Assembly: GCA_964016885.1 (NCBI GenBank) | Contig: OZ024740.1 | Coordinates: 110,174,001 to 110,238,000 of the forward strand | Reading direction: 5' to 3' | Source of the DNA: Eledone cirrhosa | Lineage: Eukaryota | DNA: 64,000 nt | In this document: one piece after another, positions 14,501 to 27,356 of the stretch | Layout: every line of letters starts with the position of its first letter | Numbering within the stretch: the first letter of the stretch is position 1 | Position numbers and translations under genes: made by a program | Notes under the pieces: generated by a model | Seen by the model: only the letters and a program-made list of their open reading frames with translations | Told to the model about the DNA's origin: nothing | The model's database searches: none

Positions 14501-15145
14501 ATGTAAAACAAAGATCGAGGATGTAAGCCACATTGTTGCCAGCTGCGAAAGAATGTCATCTCGCTACTACCTCCCCATGAGACACGATGGGATAGCTAGA
14601 ACCATCTGGAACGCACTTCGGAAAACAAAATTAACAACAAACGAGGAAGAATATATTGAGACAGATGACACCAAGGAATACTGGTGGAACCTGAAAATAA
14701 AAACTGCCACCAAATTAAAGCACAACCGGCCTGATATTTTTGTTTGGGACCACACATCTTAAACGTGTTCTGTTGTGGAGATCAGCTGCCCACTTTATGT
14801 AAACGTTGTCAGAAAAATACAAGAGAAGGAGGACATCTACGGACCATTGATGAGGAGTTTACAAATCCAGTATCCAAGATACACCTTTAGCTTCATACCC
14901 ATCATTATTGGAGCTACGGGTTATATACCAACCCGCTTGGACCAAAGTATGACTGAACTTGGATTTGCGGACAAAAAGCGCAGCTCCCTAATTCATAGTC
15001 TACAAATGGCTGCGATAGCTGGCACCTTCAAAATTTGCAAAACATTCTTGCGATTCAAGGGATGACAATTTCTTTTCTTTTACAACCTTACCATCAGGAA
15101 GGTGGCCGGTCAAAAAAATATACTCGAAATTAAGAGAAAGAGATT
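11558..15145 (+). mobile_element. R4/Dong-clade retrotransposon, second family, near full-length but with several frameshifts and stops
   Basis: ORFs 11558-12283, 12482-12673, 12585-13268, 13308-14762 and 14775-15065. Nearly identical to 8780-10920 over the shared 2.1 kb and followed by CATA/CA repeats. Confidence 0.9.
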
Positions 15146-15292
15146 ACATATACACACATACACACAAGCATGCATACATGCATACAAACATATATACATA
15201 CAAATATACACACATACACACAAGCATGCATACAAACATATATACATACACATATGCATACACACATACATAATACTTTAACACACACACTT

Positions 15293-15330
<38 letters not shown>

Positions 15331-15714
15331 GCATGTGTGCATGTGGGAGCATGCATGTGCAAATATTGTGTAAATGTATTATGTATGTGAGTATGCATAT
15401 GTATGTATGTATGTATGTATGCATGCATGTGTGCTTGTGTATGTGTATACACACACACACACACGCATATATATATACGCACATCAATATAATACATACA
15501 TGAATTCACATTCATATATTCATGCACAAGTACATATGTATATACATACATTCCAAAAGTTTAACATGTAATTAATGAATATACACACGTTGTAGACATG
15601 CAAACACATGTATGTATGTACTTATATATAAGCTAAAACATATAGATGCATACAACCAATAGCACCCATGCTTGAACACATACGTAGATACATACTTGCA
15701 TACATACATACATA

Positions 15715-16015
15715 ATGGCTGCAAACTCTGATAAGAGTATTACAATCGCTTGTCAGATTATAGAGTTTGGTGCATCTTTAGGCTACGGCCAGTCACACGA
15801 ACCTGTAACCTAACCTGAGTAAGCAATGCCTGTGCTTTGAAAGTTTTTAAGTGGGGAAAAGCCTTGCATTCGACGAATCCCACTCTCTGAGCATCGAAAA
15901 CACTACCCAAAAAGAACTGGTCAACATCATCGGATGCTTCAAAAGCCGCAGGATTTTTTCAGAATTTCCCTCTGCTAGAAAGGTGTTGTGACAACAACTG
16001 GGGCCTTTCACTCCC
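15715..16015 (-). repeat. Diverged fragment of the 8110-8737 family in (CATA)n; another piece at about 16310-16480
   Basis: Same shared blocks (gcaatgcctgtgc, cccactctctgagc, gtcaacatcatcgga) and adjacent CATA repeats. Confidence 0.55.
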
Positions 16016-16964
16016 ATACATATATACATGCATACATACATGCATACATATATGCATGTATACATATATGCATGTATACATATATGCATGTATACATAGA
16101 TATGTACATACATGCAGGCATACATATATACAAATATATTGGCTGTATCTCGGTTTAGAGAATTGCCATCCCTTGACCTATTTCTCATACATGGGTGACA
16201 CGAACATGATATTTTAGCCCTGCCAATGACTTAGATTCTGTTCTGCATATGCTGCAGCGAAAGAAAAACAGAAAATGCTATGCTAAAGTCGTTTATATCA
16301 AGTGGTATCTGTGCTTTTAAGTGAAGAAAGGTCTTGCACAGTTCCAACCATTCTCTCTGAACAACAGTGACTGGTATCTCAAAAAGAAGAACAGGTCGAC
16401 ATCATTGGCTGTTATCGAGTCACAGGTTTTATATCAGTTATCCTCCTAGAATGATGTCCTAACAAGAACTAGGGGTCTCTCACATACATACATACATATA
16501 TGTATGCATGCACATATACATAGTTATATATATACATATATACGTACATGCATACATGCATGCGTGCATATATACATACATATATACATACATACATTCA
16601 CATTTATACTGATAATTATTGGTGCACTTAGCGACATTATTAAACGTCTAAGTATCATAGCAATATGGAAAAAGCAGGATTTTAGTCAGAAATACAACAG
16701 TTTAACACGATCTGTAAGTGGAACAGTAAATGTAGGCATGACCTTTCTAAAGTTAAATATGTAACCCTTATAATGTTTGTCATCTAAATTTCAACGATGA
16801 AGCTTTGTTTCTTTGTTAGAAGCCAGCTTCCTTTTAGGAAAAATTAACGTTGACAGACATACATGAGGTAGTTAGCCAGGTAGCTAGCCACATAGCCAGG
16901 TAGATAGCCCCATAGCTAGGTAGATAGCCCCATAGCCAGGTAGCTAGCTAGATAATATGTATAT

Positions 16965-17400
16965 GCACCAAATTAAACCACAACCGGTCTGATATTGTTT
17001 TTTGGGACCACAGATTAAAAGCATACTCTGTTGTAGAAGTCAGTTGCTCAAACGACATCAATATAGTAAGGAAGATAGTAGAGAAGAATGGTATCCACGG
17101 ATCATTGGTGAGGTGTTTGCAGATCCAGTACCAAAAATACACGTTTAGTCTCATACCTTTCTGATTGGAGTTACAGGGTATATACCAACCCGCCTGGAAC
17201 AAAATACGACTGAACTTGGATTCGTGGAGAAAGAATGCAATTCCTTAATCCATAAGCTACAAATGGTCACGATATTTGAAACCTTCAAAATTTGTAAAAC
17301 ATTTTAAAGATTCAAATGATGAACAATCATACAGGGTACGACGAAAATTTCCCAATTTTAACAACCATGCAACCGGGAAGGTGGCCAGTCAAAAATAAAC
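16965..17400 (+). pseudogene. Old 3' fragment (RLE domain and 3'UTR) of the second R4/Dong family
   Basis: 'aaattaaaccacaaccggtctgatattgttttttgggaccac...ggaaggtggccagtcaaaa' is homologous to 14710-15115. Confidence 0.8.
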
Positions 17401-17992
17401 TTGATCCCCATCACACAAGTATATATATGTATGCAAAAGGGAAACAGATATAACAAAGCAAACGACACAGTAACCATGAAGAAATATATTAGTTTAAGGC
17501 TTGATATATTAGGAAAAGAGTATTTACGTCCTCCGTCAGAAGATAGAATGAGAAATAAATAATAGAGAGTTAGAACAAATTCATGCGTATTCAGTCAGCC
17601 ATTTTGGAGAAAAAAAAATATATACGATGAGTTACTGAAGTTCCCGCCTAGCGAATTCAACTGACAATGCATTGGTCAAATTGAAGTTATACAAGATGAC
17701 AATTGCTCAACGTGCTGCGGAACGGGAATGAATACAATAATACATATGTACGTATATATAGTCACTGTCCATTAAAAAAAATAAATTGTCAAAGTTTTCA
17801 ATCATTTTATTTTGCTCCGCTTTCCTGACACGAATAATGATCAACTTCTCATGTTAGATTTAACAGTTTCTATAAAGCATCACTTAACACTTTAAGCCGC
17901 TCAAAAAGCTATCAATTTGAAATACGATACACATCACTAATTTTGGCTAATGAAAAAATATATTATTAAAAAAATGTATAATTCAACGAGGC

Positions 17993-18170
<178 letters not shown>

Positions 18171-18752
18171 ACAAAACGAATTCTATATATGAATATATAT
18201 ATATTCGTGTATAGAATTCGTTTTGTTTTCTATTCTATTACTATCTCTCCACCCCCCCCCTCTCTCTCGCTCTCGATATATATATATATTGTTTTAGCCA
18301 AACACAATTTTGAATACAAAACAAAAATACAATACAAAACCATTACATAGGTCAAACGAGTTTACCAGAAATATTTTCTGTTTCCTCGCTCCCCAAATTT
18401 ATTATTTTCTTTACAATTTCTTTTTTATTTGAATATTTCTTATTCTTTTATTCATTTTGTTTTCATTCTTTTTTAAATTATATTCTTTAAAATAGAAAGA
18501 TGTTATTTCGTGGAAGGGGTTGGGTAAATTCTTTCCCGTTGACCCCCCTCCTCCCCCCAAAAACTAAAGTGTGTTAGAAGCGATAACTATTGTGTTGGCG
18601 TCTGCTGTCGCCCATTAAACACGACCGGACTCTCCAGCAGGAAATTCTGTCAGCAATTGTCAGCTTCAGTTCATTTTAAAGATTCTTCTTCTTCTTCTTC
18701 TTCTTCTTCTTCTTCTTCTTCTTCTTCTTCTTCTTCTTCTTCTTGAGAAACC

Positions 18753-18803
<51 letters not shown>

Positions 18804-18881
18804 TATAATTGAATTGGTAGTATTCGCCGTATGTTTGACAACAGAATATATAAGGCCCCAGAATGGAAAAAATGGCTATCA

Positions 18882-18952
18882 GCCCGTATGGGATCGAGCA
18901 GGCGCCTCCTATTTTCGCGATAAATGTGCTAGAAGATTACACCAACGGATGC
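18882..18952 (-). pseudogene. Degenerate tRNA-like sequence (tRNA pseudogene or SINE head)
   Basis: The minus strand reads ccgtTGGTGTAA...TAGCAC...gcTCGATCCcatacgg, with A/B-box-like motifs and a short acceptor-like stem. Confidence 0.3.
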
Positions 18953-18994
18953 ACCCGTTATTAAGCTATACCTTATTAATGATGTATATGTAAA

Positions 18995-19220
18995 CTCTAA
19001 CCCCAAACCTAAAATTAACACCAATCCACTTCTATTAAACTTAACACTAACCCGAAACCTAACACTAATCTTAATTCTATCACTAAACTAAACGTAAACC
19101 TAATACTAACCTTAACATAAACAATAACCTTACCCGTAACCCTAACACTTTTCCTAAACCTAACCCTGACACTAGCTCTAACCCTAACCACAGCCCTAAC
19201 CTTAATATTAACGCTAACCG
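18995..19220 (+). repeat. Degenerate (CCCTAA)-like hexamer array
   Basis: Repeated taaccc, taacct and taacac units. Confidence 0.6.
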
Positions 19221-20008
19221 TATCTACGTATATATATAACTTAATTTTATGTTTAATCAATACACAGAGAATATGTATAGATAATGCTTCTCACCTAAAG
19301 TTGTATTTGCATTATATGTATATATGTATTAAATCCTAGTTCTTTTCTCAATTGATATCCCTCAATATAATGTTGAAAAATATTATACATACATATATAT
19401 ATACATATTCATAATGAATGAATATTATGTAATTTATCTACTAAATTTCGTAGCTCTTGATTAAACATAAATATTCTTATATATAAAGTATTGCTTATTT
19501 TAAGATTCACTTCTTTAAAATTTTCAAATGTCAATACTTCCGGTTAGCGTCCGTTATATTATAACACTTATTACATCGCTTATATAAACGTTCATATATT
19601 TGCATTGTTATATAAGGTTTATATTTAGGTCGCTAATTTTCTCCTTTTTCGTTTTCATAACATTTCGCTGTAATGCAGTTTATATATAATATCGTCTTTT
19701 TTAAATGTATCATGGATTACTTTACTGATTACAGAAGAGAGTGTAACACACTTCGTTCAATTTCTGTGCATATTGTCAATTACGATATCATTTGACGTAT
19801 CATATCTACATGCATAAACATTTGCTTATAATATCAATATGCACACTACGCAGGGCGGTTTTTCTGGTAGTATTTTTAACTGTTGGTAAATCAATGATAA
19901 ACATTGATTGCCAGACAAATTAACTATAGAGATATACAAGATACAGTGGGAGAAAACCAATCCAAACCGAACAGTGAGTGTGTTTTATTATTATTTCTGG
20001 CAATATTA

Positions 20009-20205
20009 AAGGCAGTGGATTGGCAGTATCGGTAGAGAGTCGGACACCATGCTTTGAAGCATAGAGTTACGTCCCTTTATGATCTGAGTTCAAATCCCGC
20101 CGAGGTTAACTTTGCCTTTCATCCTTACGGGGTCGATAAAATAAAGTACCAGTAATAGACTGGGTAATTGGTGGCCTTGTGCCAAAAGTAGAAACAATTA
20201 TTTCT
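20009..20205 (+). mobile_element. tRNA-derived SINE with a Meta-domain-like central region
   Basis: A-box TGGCAGTATCGG, B-box GAGTTCAAATCC, central 'gcctttcatccttacggggtcgataaaataaagtaccag' and tail 'gtgccaaaagtagaaacaattatt'. Confidence 0.8.
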
Positions 20206-20322
20206 GGCAATAATATAACAATATGACACTCCCCAAATATAACTATATATATATATATATATATATATACGGATTAACAAATAATAGTTAAATGCAGTCC
20301 ACTGAGGTGAGCATTCTCGCAT

Positions 20323-20428
20323 GCTCCGAAGATCTGACTGGTTATAATTCTGTATTGGCGATCGAGTGACGCAAAATTAGGCGGATAGCGATCTCTAGAC
20401 AGACCAGTTCAGTGAAACAAATGTAAGC
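20323..20428 (+). ncRNA. Degenerate type I hammerhead ribozyme with a long stem II
   Basis: gct-CCGAAGA (U4C variant)-tctgactggt...accagttcagt-GAAA-caaatg-TA-agc. Followed by attaaa and (TA)n. Confidence 0.5.
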
Positions 20429-20480
20429 TATGTGATTAAAAACTTCTTTGTATACCAAACCATGTAAACCTTCTTTCCTG

Positions 20481-20528
<48 letters not shown>

Positions 20529-20529
20529 A

Positions 20530-22320
20530 TATATAAGATCAAAAGATGGTTAAAAGAGTTCCATGTATTTTATTATGCGCATTTCAAAAACAAATATCAT
20601 CATGCGATGACATTTGCGTTTTCGTCAGATAAAATAGGGAGACATGATATGAAGGTTAAAAAACACTTGTGAATAGTGCAGTTTTAAATCAACATATGAA
20701 AAGTACTTTTAGATTGATGTGTGATATTGTGAAAAAAATTGGGGGTGGTGGTGGTGGTGGTGGAAAGGATGAAAAAGAGGAGGAGATGAGAGTAAAGAAT
20801 GGAGGAGGAGGAGTATAATAAGGAAGGATGAGATAGGAGGAGAGATGGGTGATAGAGAGAGAGAGATAGCTTTTATAACTGAGAAAAATATATTGTTTTA
20901 CAGAGAGAGGTTAAACAATCGTTCGAAGATAATATATAAATTAAAAGAATTTGAAAATTAACGAAGAGAAAAATTTAAGAATAATGTTAAATTAAGGTTT
21001 GTATATTGAAGGGTTTAATAATATGTGCGATGAAAAGAAATTCTTAATATGTATTAAGAATAATATTAAGTTAAGGTTTGAATATTGAAGGGTTTAATAA
21101 TATGTGCGATGGAAAGAAATTGTTGATATGTATTATTAAAAAATAAAAAAATAGTAATGTAATTAAGGATATATTGTGAAAAGAAGTAGAAGAGTGGATG
21201 AATTAATATATGTAAATAGTTTGTTTACAAATGAGCGCAGAAAGTCAAGAAGGAGATAGTGTTTAAGGAGAAGTCCTTAACATCAAAATATGTATGTTTA
21301 TGAAGTATTTCCTAATGGTAATAATATAATGTAATAAAAGAGATTAGTTAGGGTTTAAGTTTGATTTTATGTGTTGTGATGTGTAATATGTAGAAGTTAG
21401 ATGAGCATGAGAGGGAGAAAAAAATAATGAATTGAGGATGAATAATCTAACGTAAAAAAAAAATGTTTATGTTTACGAAGGATTTTTCAAGATGATACTA
21501 TAAAGTATTTAAAAGGGTAATAGTAAATTTTATGGCTAGTGATAGGATGGAAGAGGGAAGAGTGGATATATTGTGGTGAGTAATAATGAGAATTGAGAAG
21601 TATCTAGGAAGAAAAGATACAGATTAGAGGTTAGAAATTATAAGAAAAAAGGAAAAAAAGGAAGAAAGGGAAGTGATAAATAGGAGTGATATAGAATGAG
21701 TAACTAGTATTATATAATGCATAATAAATAACATTGAAATAAGGTAGAAAGATGGGTATATTTTTAAAGAAATATATATGTACATATGTGCCTTTGAGAA
21801 AAAGGATTTTAAATTGGTAAAGTATTAGATATTAGCTGTATACTTTATGGAATGTTCTGTGGAATTTATGCAAGCAGAGAGAAAACAAGTCAGTGCGTCT
21901 ATTTATTATAGAATCTAAATTAGATATAATGGTAAATTTTTCACATAAATAGAGATTACATGTCTTGGATAGAGAGGCATTCAAGTATGGAGAAGCAGAA
22001 CAAACCTTCCTCCAAGAGATGTTATAGTTAATATTTTTGTCTTTCAAGGACCATATGAGTTCTGAGAGTGCCGTGTTGGTTCTTTTAAGTTGGTATTTAA
22101 AAGACGAATGATGATTATAAAGACGAGCTTTAAAGGAGGTGGAAGTGGAGCCAAAATAAGTAAAGGAATTGGTGTCAATTATAAGTTTACATTCATAGAT
22201 TAAGTTTTTTTCAAGACAATGGTTGTTGAGAGGACATTTATTTTTAACAGGGCAATTACAATTGACCACTACCACGTCACAGTTCTCAACCATTTTGAAT
22301 TCGTGTTTGGCGCGGGCCAC
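20530..22320 (-). mobile_element. 5'-truncated Penelope-like element (GIY-YIG domain, 3'UTR and HHR)
   Basis: ORF 21832-22320 has CNCPVKNKCPLNNHCL, LIYEC...YFGSTSTSFKARLYNHHSSF and CEKFTI...INRRTD. A pyrimidine-rich 3'UTR follows and ends in an HHR next to (TA)n. Confidence 0.85.
20568..20634 (-). ncRNA. Minimal type I hammerhead ribozyme
   Basis: Minus strand: ttttat-CTGACGA-aaacgcaaatgtcatc(gcat)gatgatatttgttttt-GAAA-tgcgca-TA-ataaaa. Stems I and II pair and stem III is palindromic. Confidence 0.85.
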
Positions 22321-22350
22321 TTCAGAAAATAATATGTCTAGCGAGTTTAC

Positions 22351-22426
22351 CGCTTGAAGAGCTCTAAACTCGAGTATGAACCTTAAATAAGGTATCTCAA
22401 AAGAGAGCGAAACCCATGGGTCGGGA
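22351..22426 (+). ncRNA. Degenerate hammerhead ribozyme
   Basis: TTGAAGA (C3U)-gctct...agagc-GAAA-cccatggg-TC-ggga. Stem II and palindromic stem III are good, but stem I is poor. Confidence 0.5.
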
Positions 22427-22724
22427 TTTAGTGATTTAATCCTGGTATGTATATAAGCATTTCTAACATTAATTTTTACCTAATTATGTATGGTTGACCG
22501 TGTATTTAATTAATTTCTACGTGCTGTCGAAACGTTGGGTAGATGTTCTATAGCGGTTGCACGCGAAGACGCCACGATGGTGTATCTATTTACTGTTTCA
22601 TCATAGATGTCTTTAATTCTTATAGCCTGGTCTAATTGATTTTTTGTGTGGTTAATTGTGCTGATTAGGAGTAGAGATGATGTATATATATTATCAAATA
22701 ATTCTCTGGACATGCTTTACTCTA

Positions 22725-22810
<86 letters not shown>

Positions 22811-22816
<6 letters not shown>

Positions 22817-24020
22817 GACGTAAATAAGAAAGTTATGAAAATTGACTTACTTACTAAAATTTCACTCCAACTAATTAGTTTCTGTAAGGGGATAAATATG
22901 GTTACGGAGCGTTTCCATAGAGAAGCCTTACGTCATCAGGGAGTCTATTCTCAGCTAAGCTTCCAGGCAATGCGGGGACACTGGGAACTTATATAAAAAT
23001 AATTCAGTGGATGGAAAAAAGCGAGCGTGGACTAGATTACAAGACATTGAAAAATTCGCTGCCTACTTGGTCAAGTGGCAAATTCAAAAGAATCAATCAC
23101 GTGACACTGAGGTTAATCAGCTAGGAGTCGGGTGCTATTAAGACAGAGCCTAGCCACTACTATTAGTTACAGTAGTAATTTCGGCAAGTTTTGCTCAACA
23201 AATAATTTGGAGATAATTATAAAGAATTAGTATATTTACCAACATATGTATACAGATGCATACGTATGCTAGCAAATATATATGTTTTGTCTTAGTAACT
23301 TTGTGGTTTTATGCAAGGGGATGCAGAACAATTATATGAAAGACGTAAATAAGAAAGTTATGAAAATTGACTTACTTACTAAAATTTCACTCCAACTAAT
23401 TAGTTTCTGTAAGGAGATAAATATGGTTACGGAGCGTTTCCATTTGCTAGCATACGTATGCATCTGTATACATATGTTGGTAAATATACTAATTCTTTAT
23501 AATTATCTCCAAATTATTTGTTGAGTAAAACTTGCCGAAATTACTACTGTGACTAATAGTAGTGGCTAGGCTCTGTCTTAATAGCACCCCACTCCTAGCT
23601 GATTAACCACAGTGTCACGTGATTGATTCTTTTGAATTTGCCACTTGACCAAGTAGGCAGCGAATTTTTCAATGTCTTGGAATCTAGTCCCCGCTCGATT
23701 TTTTTCCATCCACTGAATTATTTTTATATAAGTTCCCAGTCTCCCCGCATTGCCTGGAAGCTTAGCTGAGAATAGACTCCCCGATGACGTAAGGCTTCTC
23801 TACGGAAACGCTCCGTAACCATATTTATCCCCTTACAGAAACTAATTAGTTGGAGTGAAATTTTAGTAAGTAAGTCAATTTTCATAACTTTCTTATTTAC
23901 GTCTTTCATATAATTGTTCTGCATCCCCTTGCATAGAGCCACAAAGTTACTAAGACAAAACATATATATTTGCTAGCATACGTATGCATTTGTATACATA
24001 TGTTGGTAAATATACTAATT

Positions 24021-24027
<7 letters not shown>
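22811..24027. mobile_element. Foldback insertion of a ~525-bp non-coding monomer, flanked by (TA)n
   Basis: The left arm 22811-23442 is 1.2 monomers (the start recurs at 23336). The right arm 23442-24027 is an inverted, differently permuted 1.1 monomers. HHR-like cores lie at 22903-22939 (-) and 23781-23817 (+). Confidence 0.85.
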
Positions 24028-24051
<24 letters not shown>

Positions 24052-24296
24052 CAAAGATCGGAATTAAGAGTATTCCGCAGTTCACTGTAATAATAATAAT
24101 AGTATTAGCTCAAAGAAGAATAGAGAATTTTCTTCTGAGCTCAAATGCAAACATATTACACAAAGAGAAGTGTGTTACACAGTGAGATGTGTGTAAAGAA
24201 TTATTACAAGTGAGTTTTACCGTTACTGTATAGAGAACAATATCTACAGGTTTAGCAATTAAATAATAATTGTTTACACACATCTCACTGTATATA

Positions 24297-24364
<68 letters not shown>

Positions 24365-24383
24365 CAAGTTCTTTAATAATAAT

Positions 24384-24457
24384 GCTGTGGTATATATTTC
24401 AATGGCGACACTGGCCACACTGTTATGTGTGCGAGTGTCGTGACATCATCAGACAGC
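24384..24457 (-). ncRNA. Type I hammerhead, copy 1 (U16.1 mutated, probably inactive)
   Basis: gctgt-CTGATGA-stem II-GAAA-tatata-CC-acagc. Confidence 0.65.
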
Positions 24458-25648
24458 TTGTTACATTATAAGGTTATGTTTCCGAGGCAATCCAAATTGA
24501 ATCGACAGGGGAACGGATGAAATGCGTACTTTTGGGTTTATCACCCGCTCCCCTGTGAGTACCAATTCACCCCCACCGGTCTGCACGTTCGCATGTCCGA
24601 AGGAAGTTGACCATTAGCTACCGCAGATTTCAACGAAATACGCTTAGTCAGTTCACCCTCTCAGTGACACAATGGCCCGTACCATAGTCTACTGCTACCC
24701 ATCTCGACTGTGGTAGTCAGTCGAAAGCCAGAGGGGGTGGGAGAGTGTTAATTTTTACAGGTCATAATACTACCTCTCACCTAGCGTGGACAGTACGACT
24801 GACCATCAACTCAAAGGGAAATGAACTTAATTCTAGGTATCATGATTTTACATTGTAAGTTAAGAGTGAGAGTTGGAAATAAAAATTAAAGTCCTAAATC
24901 AAGTATCAGAAATTATAAATTAAACAATTAAAAAATTAACAATTAGTAATTAAAAGTTAGAAATTTTTTTAAAGTGAGAATTCGGATTGAGGTGAGTAAA
25001 AAAATATAGATTGAAGTGAGTAAATAATATGGAGAGAGATGTTTAAGTAAGAAGTTCTGAGAGGGGTTCTAGTGTCACAGTTACTCTATCCACATATTGA
25101 ACGACAGTGCCGTACATTAGAACGGAGGGTAAGCTACAGTATTCAAGGCATTAGTCAATCTGGTACAGTCATAATTTCCATCACATGGAACAACACCAAA
25201 GAAAAACAGACATAGAAGTAAAAATGCAAAAACACAGAGTACATATATGCAAAATGATCCATATGATTGTCAATCCGTCCATGTATAGATTGAATTGAGG
25301 GGGCTTCTGTTCAAATGCGATTTGGTGCAGGGAAATAGGGGTTTATCTTATTTTTTGTTTCCGTGTATTTATCCTGCCGAAAGTTACTATTATGTCCGTC
25401 CAGTTTCAGGGGTTTCCATCCCCATGGTAGAGGGAATTTCCGGGGAAGCTCATGGTTGGTTCCTCTCTTCTCCACCATATCGGTTACATCGTAAAGCGCT
25501 CAACTAATTGGAGCTAAATTATTAGGGTAAACATTGATGCAATTCAATTCAAGCACTCAACGTACTTTTTCCACATAGGAGTGACGGAGTAAATATCGAG
25601 TAAGGAAAAGCGAAGTAGTTTCAGATGTTCAAGTCCTTTAATAATAAT

Positions 25649-25722
25649 GCTGTAATATATATTTCAATGGCGACACTGGCCACACTGTTCTGTGTGCGAG
25701 TGTCGTGACATCATCAGACAGC
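25649..25722 (-). ncRNA. Type I hammerhead, copy 2
   Basis: gctgt-CTGATGA-stem II-GAAA-tatata-TT-acagc, exactly 1265 bp from copy 1. Confidence 0.75.
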
Positions 25723-27132
25723 TTGTTGCATAATAAGGTTATGTTTCCGAGGCAATCCAAATTGAATCGACAGGGGAACGGATGAAATGCGTGCTTTTGG
25801 GTAGCAGTAAACTATGGTACGGGCCATTGTGTCACTGAGAGGGTGAACTGACTAAGCGAATTTCGTTGAAATCTGCGGTAGCTAATGGTCAAATTCCTTC
25901 GGACATGCGCACGCGCAGACCGGTGGGGTGAATTGGTACTCACAGGGGAGTACCAATTTTCCTTATTCGATATTTACTCCGTCACTCCTATGTGGAAAAA
26001 GTACGTTGAGTGCTTGAATTGAATTGCATCAATGTTTACCCTAATAATTTAGCTTCAATTAGTTGAGCGCTTTACGATGTAACCGATATGGTGGAGAAGA
26101 GAGGAACCAACCATGAGCTTCCCCGGAAATTCCCTCTACCATGGGGATGGAAACCCCTGAAACTGGACGGACATAATAGTAACTTTCGGCAGGATAAATA
26201 CACGGAAACAAAAAATAAGATAAGCCCCTATTTCCCTGCACCAAATCGAATTTGAACAGAAGCCCCCTCAATTCAATCTATACATGGACGGATTGACAAT
26301 CGGATCATATGGATATTAATCGGATCATATGGATCATTTTGCATATATGTACTCTGTGTTTTTGCATTTTTACTTCTATGTCTGTTTTTCTTTGGTGTTG
26401 TTCCATGTGATGGAAATTATGACTACCAGATTGACTACTGCCTTGAATACTGTAGCTTACCCTCCGTTCTAATGTACGGCACTGTCGTTCAATATGTGGA
26501 TAGAGTAACTATGACACTAGAACCCCTCTCAGAACTTCTTACTTAAACATCTCTCTCCATATTATTTACTCACTTCAATCTATATTTTTTTACTCACCTC
26601 AATCCGAATTCTCACTTTAAAAAAATTTCTAACTTTTAATTACTAATTGTTAATTTTTTAATTGTTTAATTTATAATTTCTGATACTTGATTTAGGATTT
26701 TAATTTTTATTTCCAACTCTCACTCTTAACTTACAATGTAAAATCATGATACCTAGAATTAAGTTCATTTTCCCTTTGAGTTGATGGTCAGTCGTAGTGT
26801 CCACGCTAGGTGTGAGGTAGTATTATGACCTGTAAAAACTAACACTCTCCCACCCCCTCTGGCTTTCGACTGACTACCACAGTCGAGATGGGTAGCAGTA
26901 AACTATGGTACGCGCCATTGTGTCACTGAGAGGGTGAACTGACTAAGCGAATTTCGTTGAAATCTACGATAGCTAATGGTCAACTTCCTTCGGACATGCG
27001 CACGCGCAGACCGGTGGGGGTGAATTGGTACTCACAGGGGAGCGGGTGATAAACCCAAATGCACGCATTTCATCCGTTCCTCTGTCGATTCAATTTGGAT
27101 TGCCTCGGAAACATAACCTTATTATGTAACAA

Positions 27133-27206
27133 GCTGTCTGATGATGTCACGACACTCACACACATAACAGTGTGGCCAGTGTCGCCATTGAAATATATAT
27201 CACAGC
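27133..27206 (+). ncRNA. Type I hammerhead, copy 3 (intact AUC cleavage triplet)
   Basis: gctgt-CTGATGA-tgtcacgacact...agtgtcgccatt-GAAA-tatata-TC-acagc. Confidence 0.8.
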
Positions 27207-27356
27207 ATTATTATTGTGCCAAAAGTAGAAACAATTATTATTAAAGGACTTGAACATCTGAAACTACTTCGCTTTTCCTTATTCGATATTTACTCCGTCA
27301 CTCCTATGTGGAAAAAGTACGTTGAGTGCTTGAATTGAATTGCATCAATATTTACC

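Noticed and set aside
18995-19220. Interstitial telomere
   Set aside because: The array is too degenerate, with few exact CCCTAA units, and is more likely an internal repeat of a transposon.
25295-26271. Duplicated 70-aa ORF in the 1265-bp element (and ~80-aa ORFs in the 525-bp element)
   Set aside because: They have non-ATG or repeat-derived starts, lie antisense to the ribozyme strand and show no recognisable domain. The duplication just reflects the foldback.
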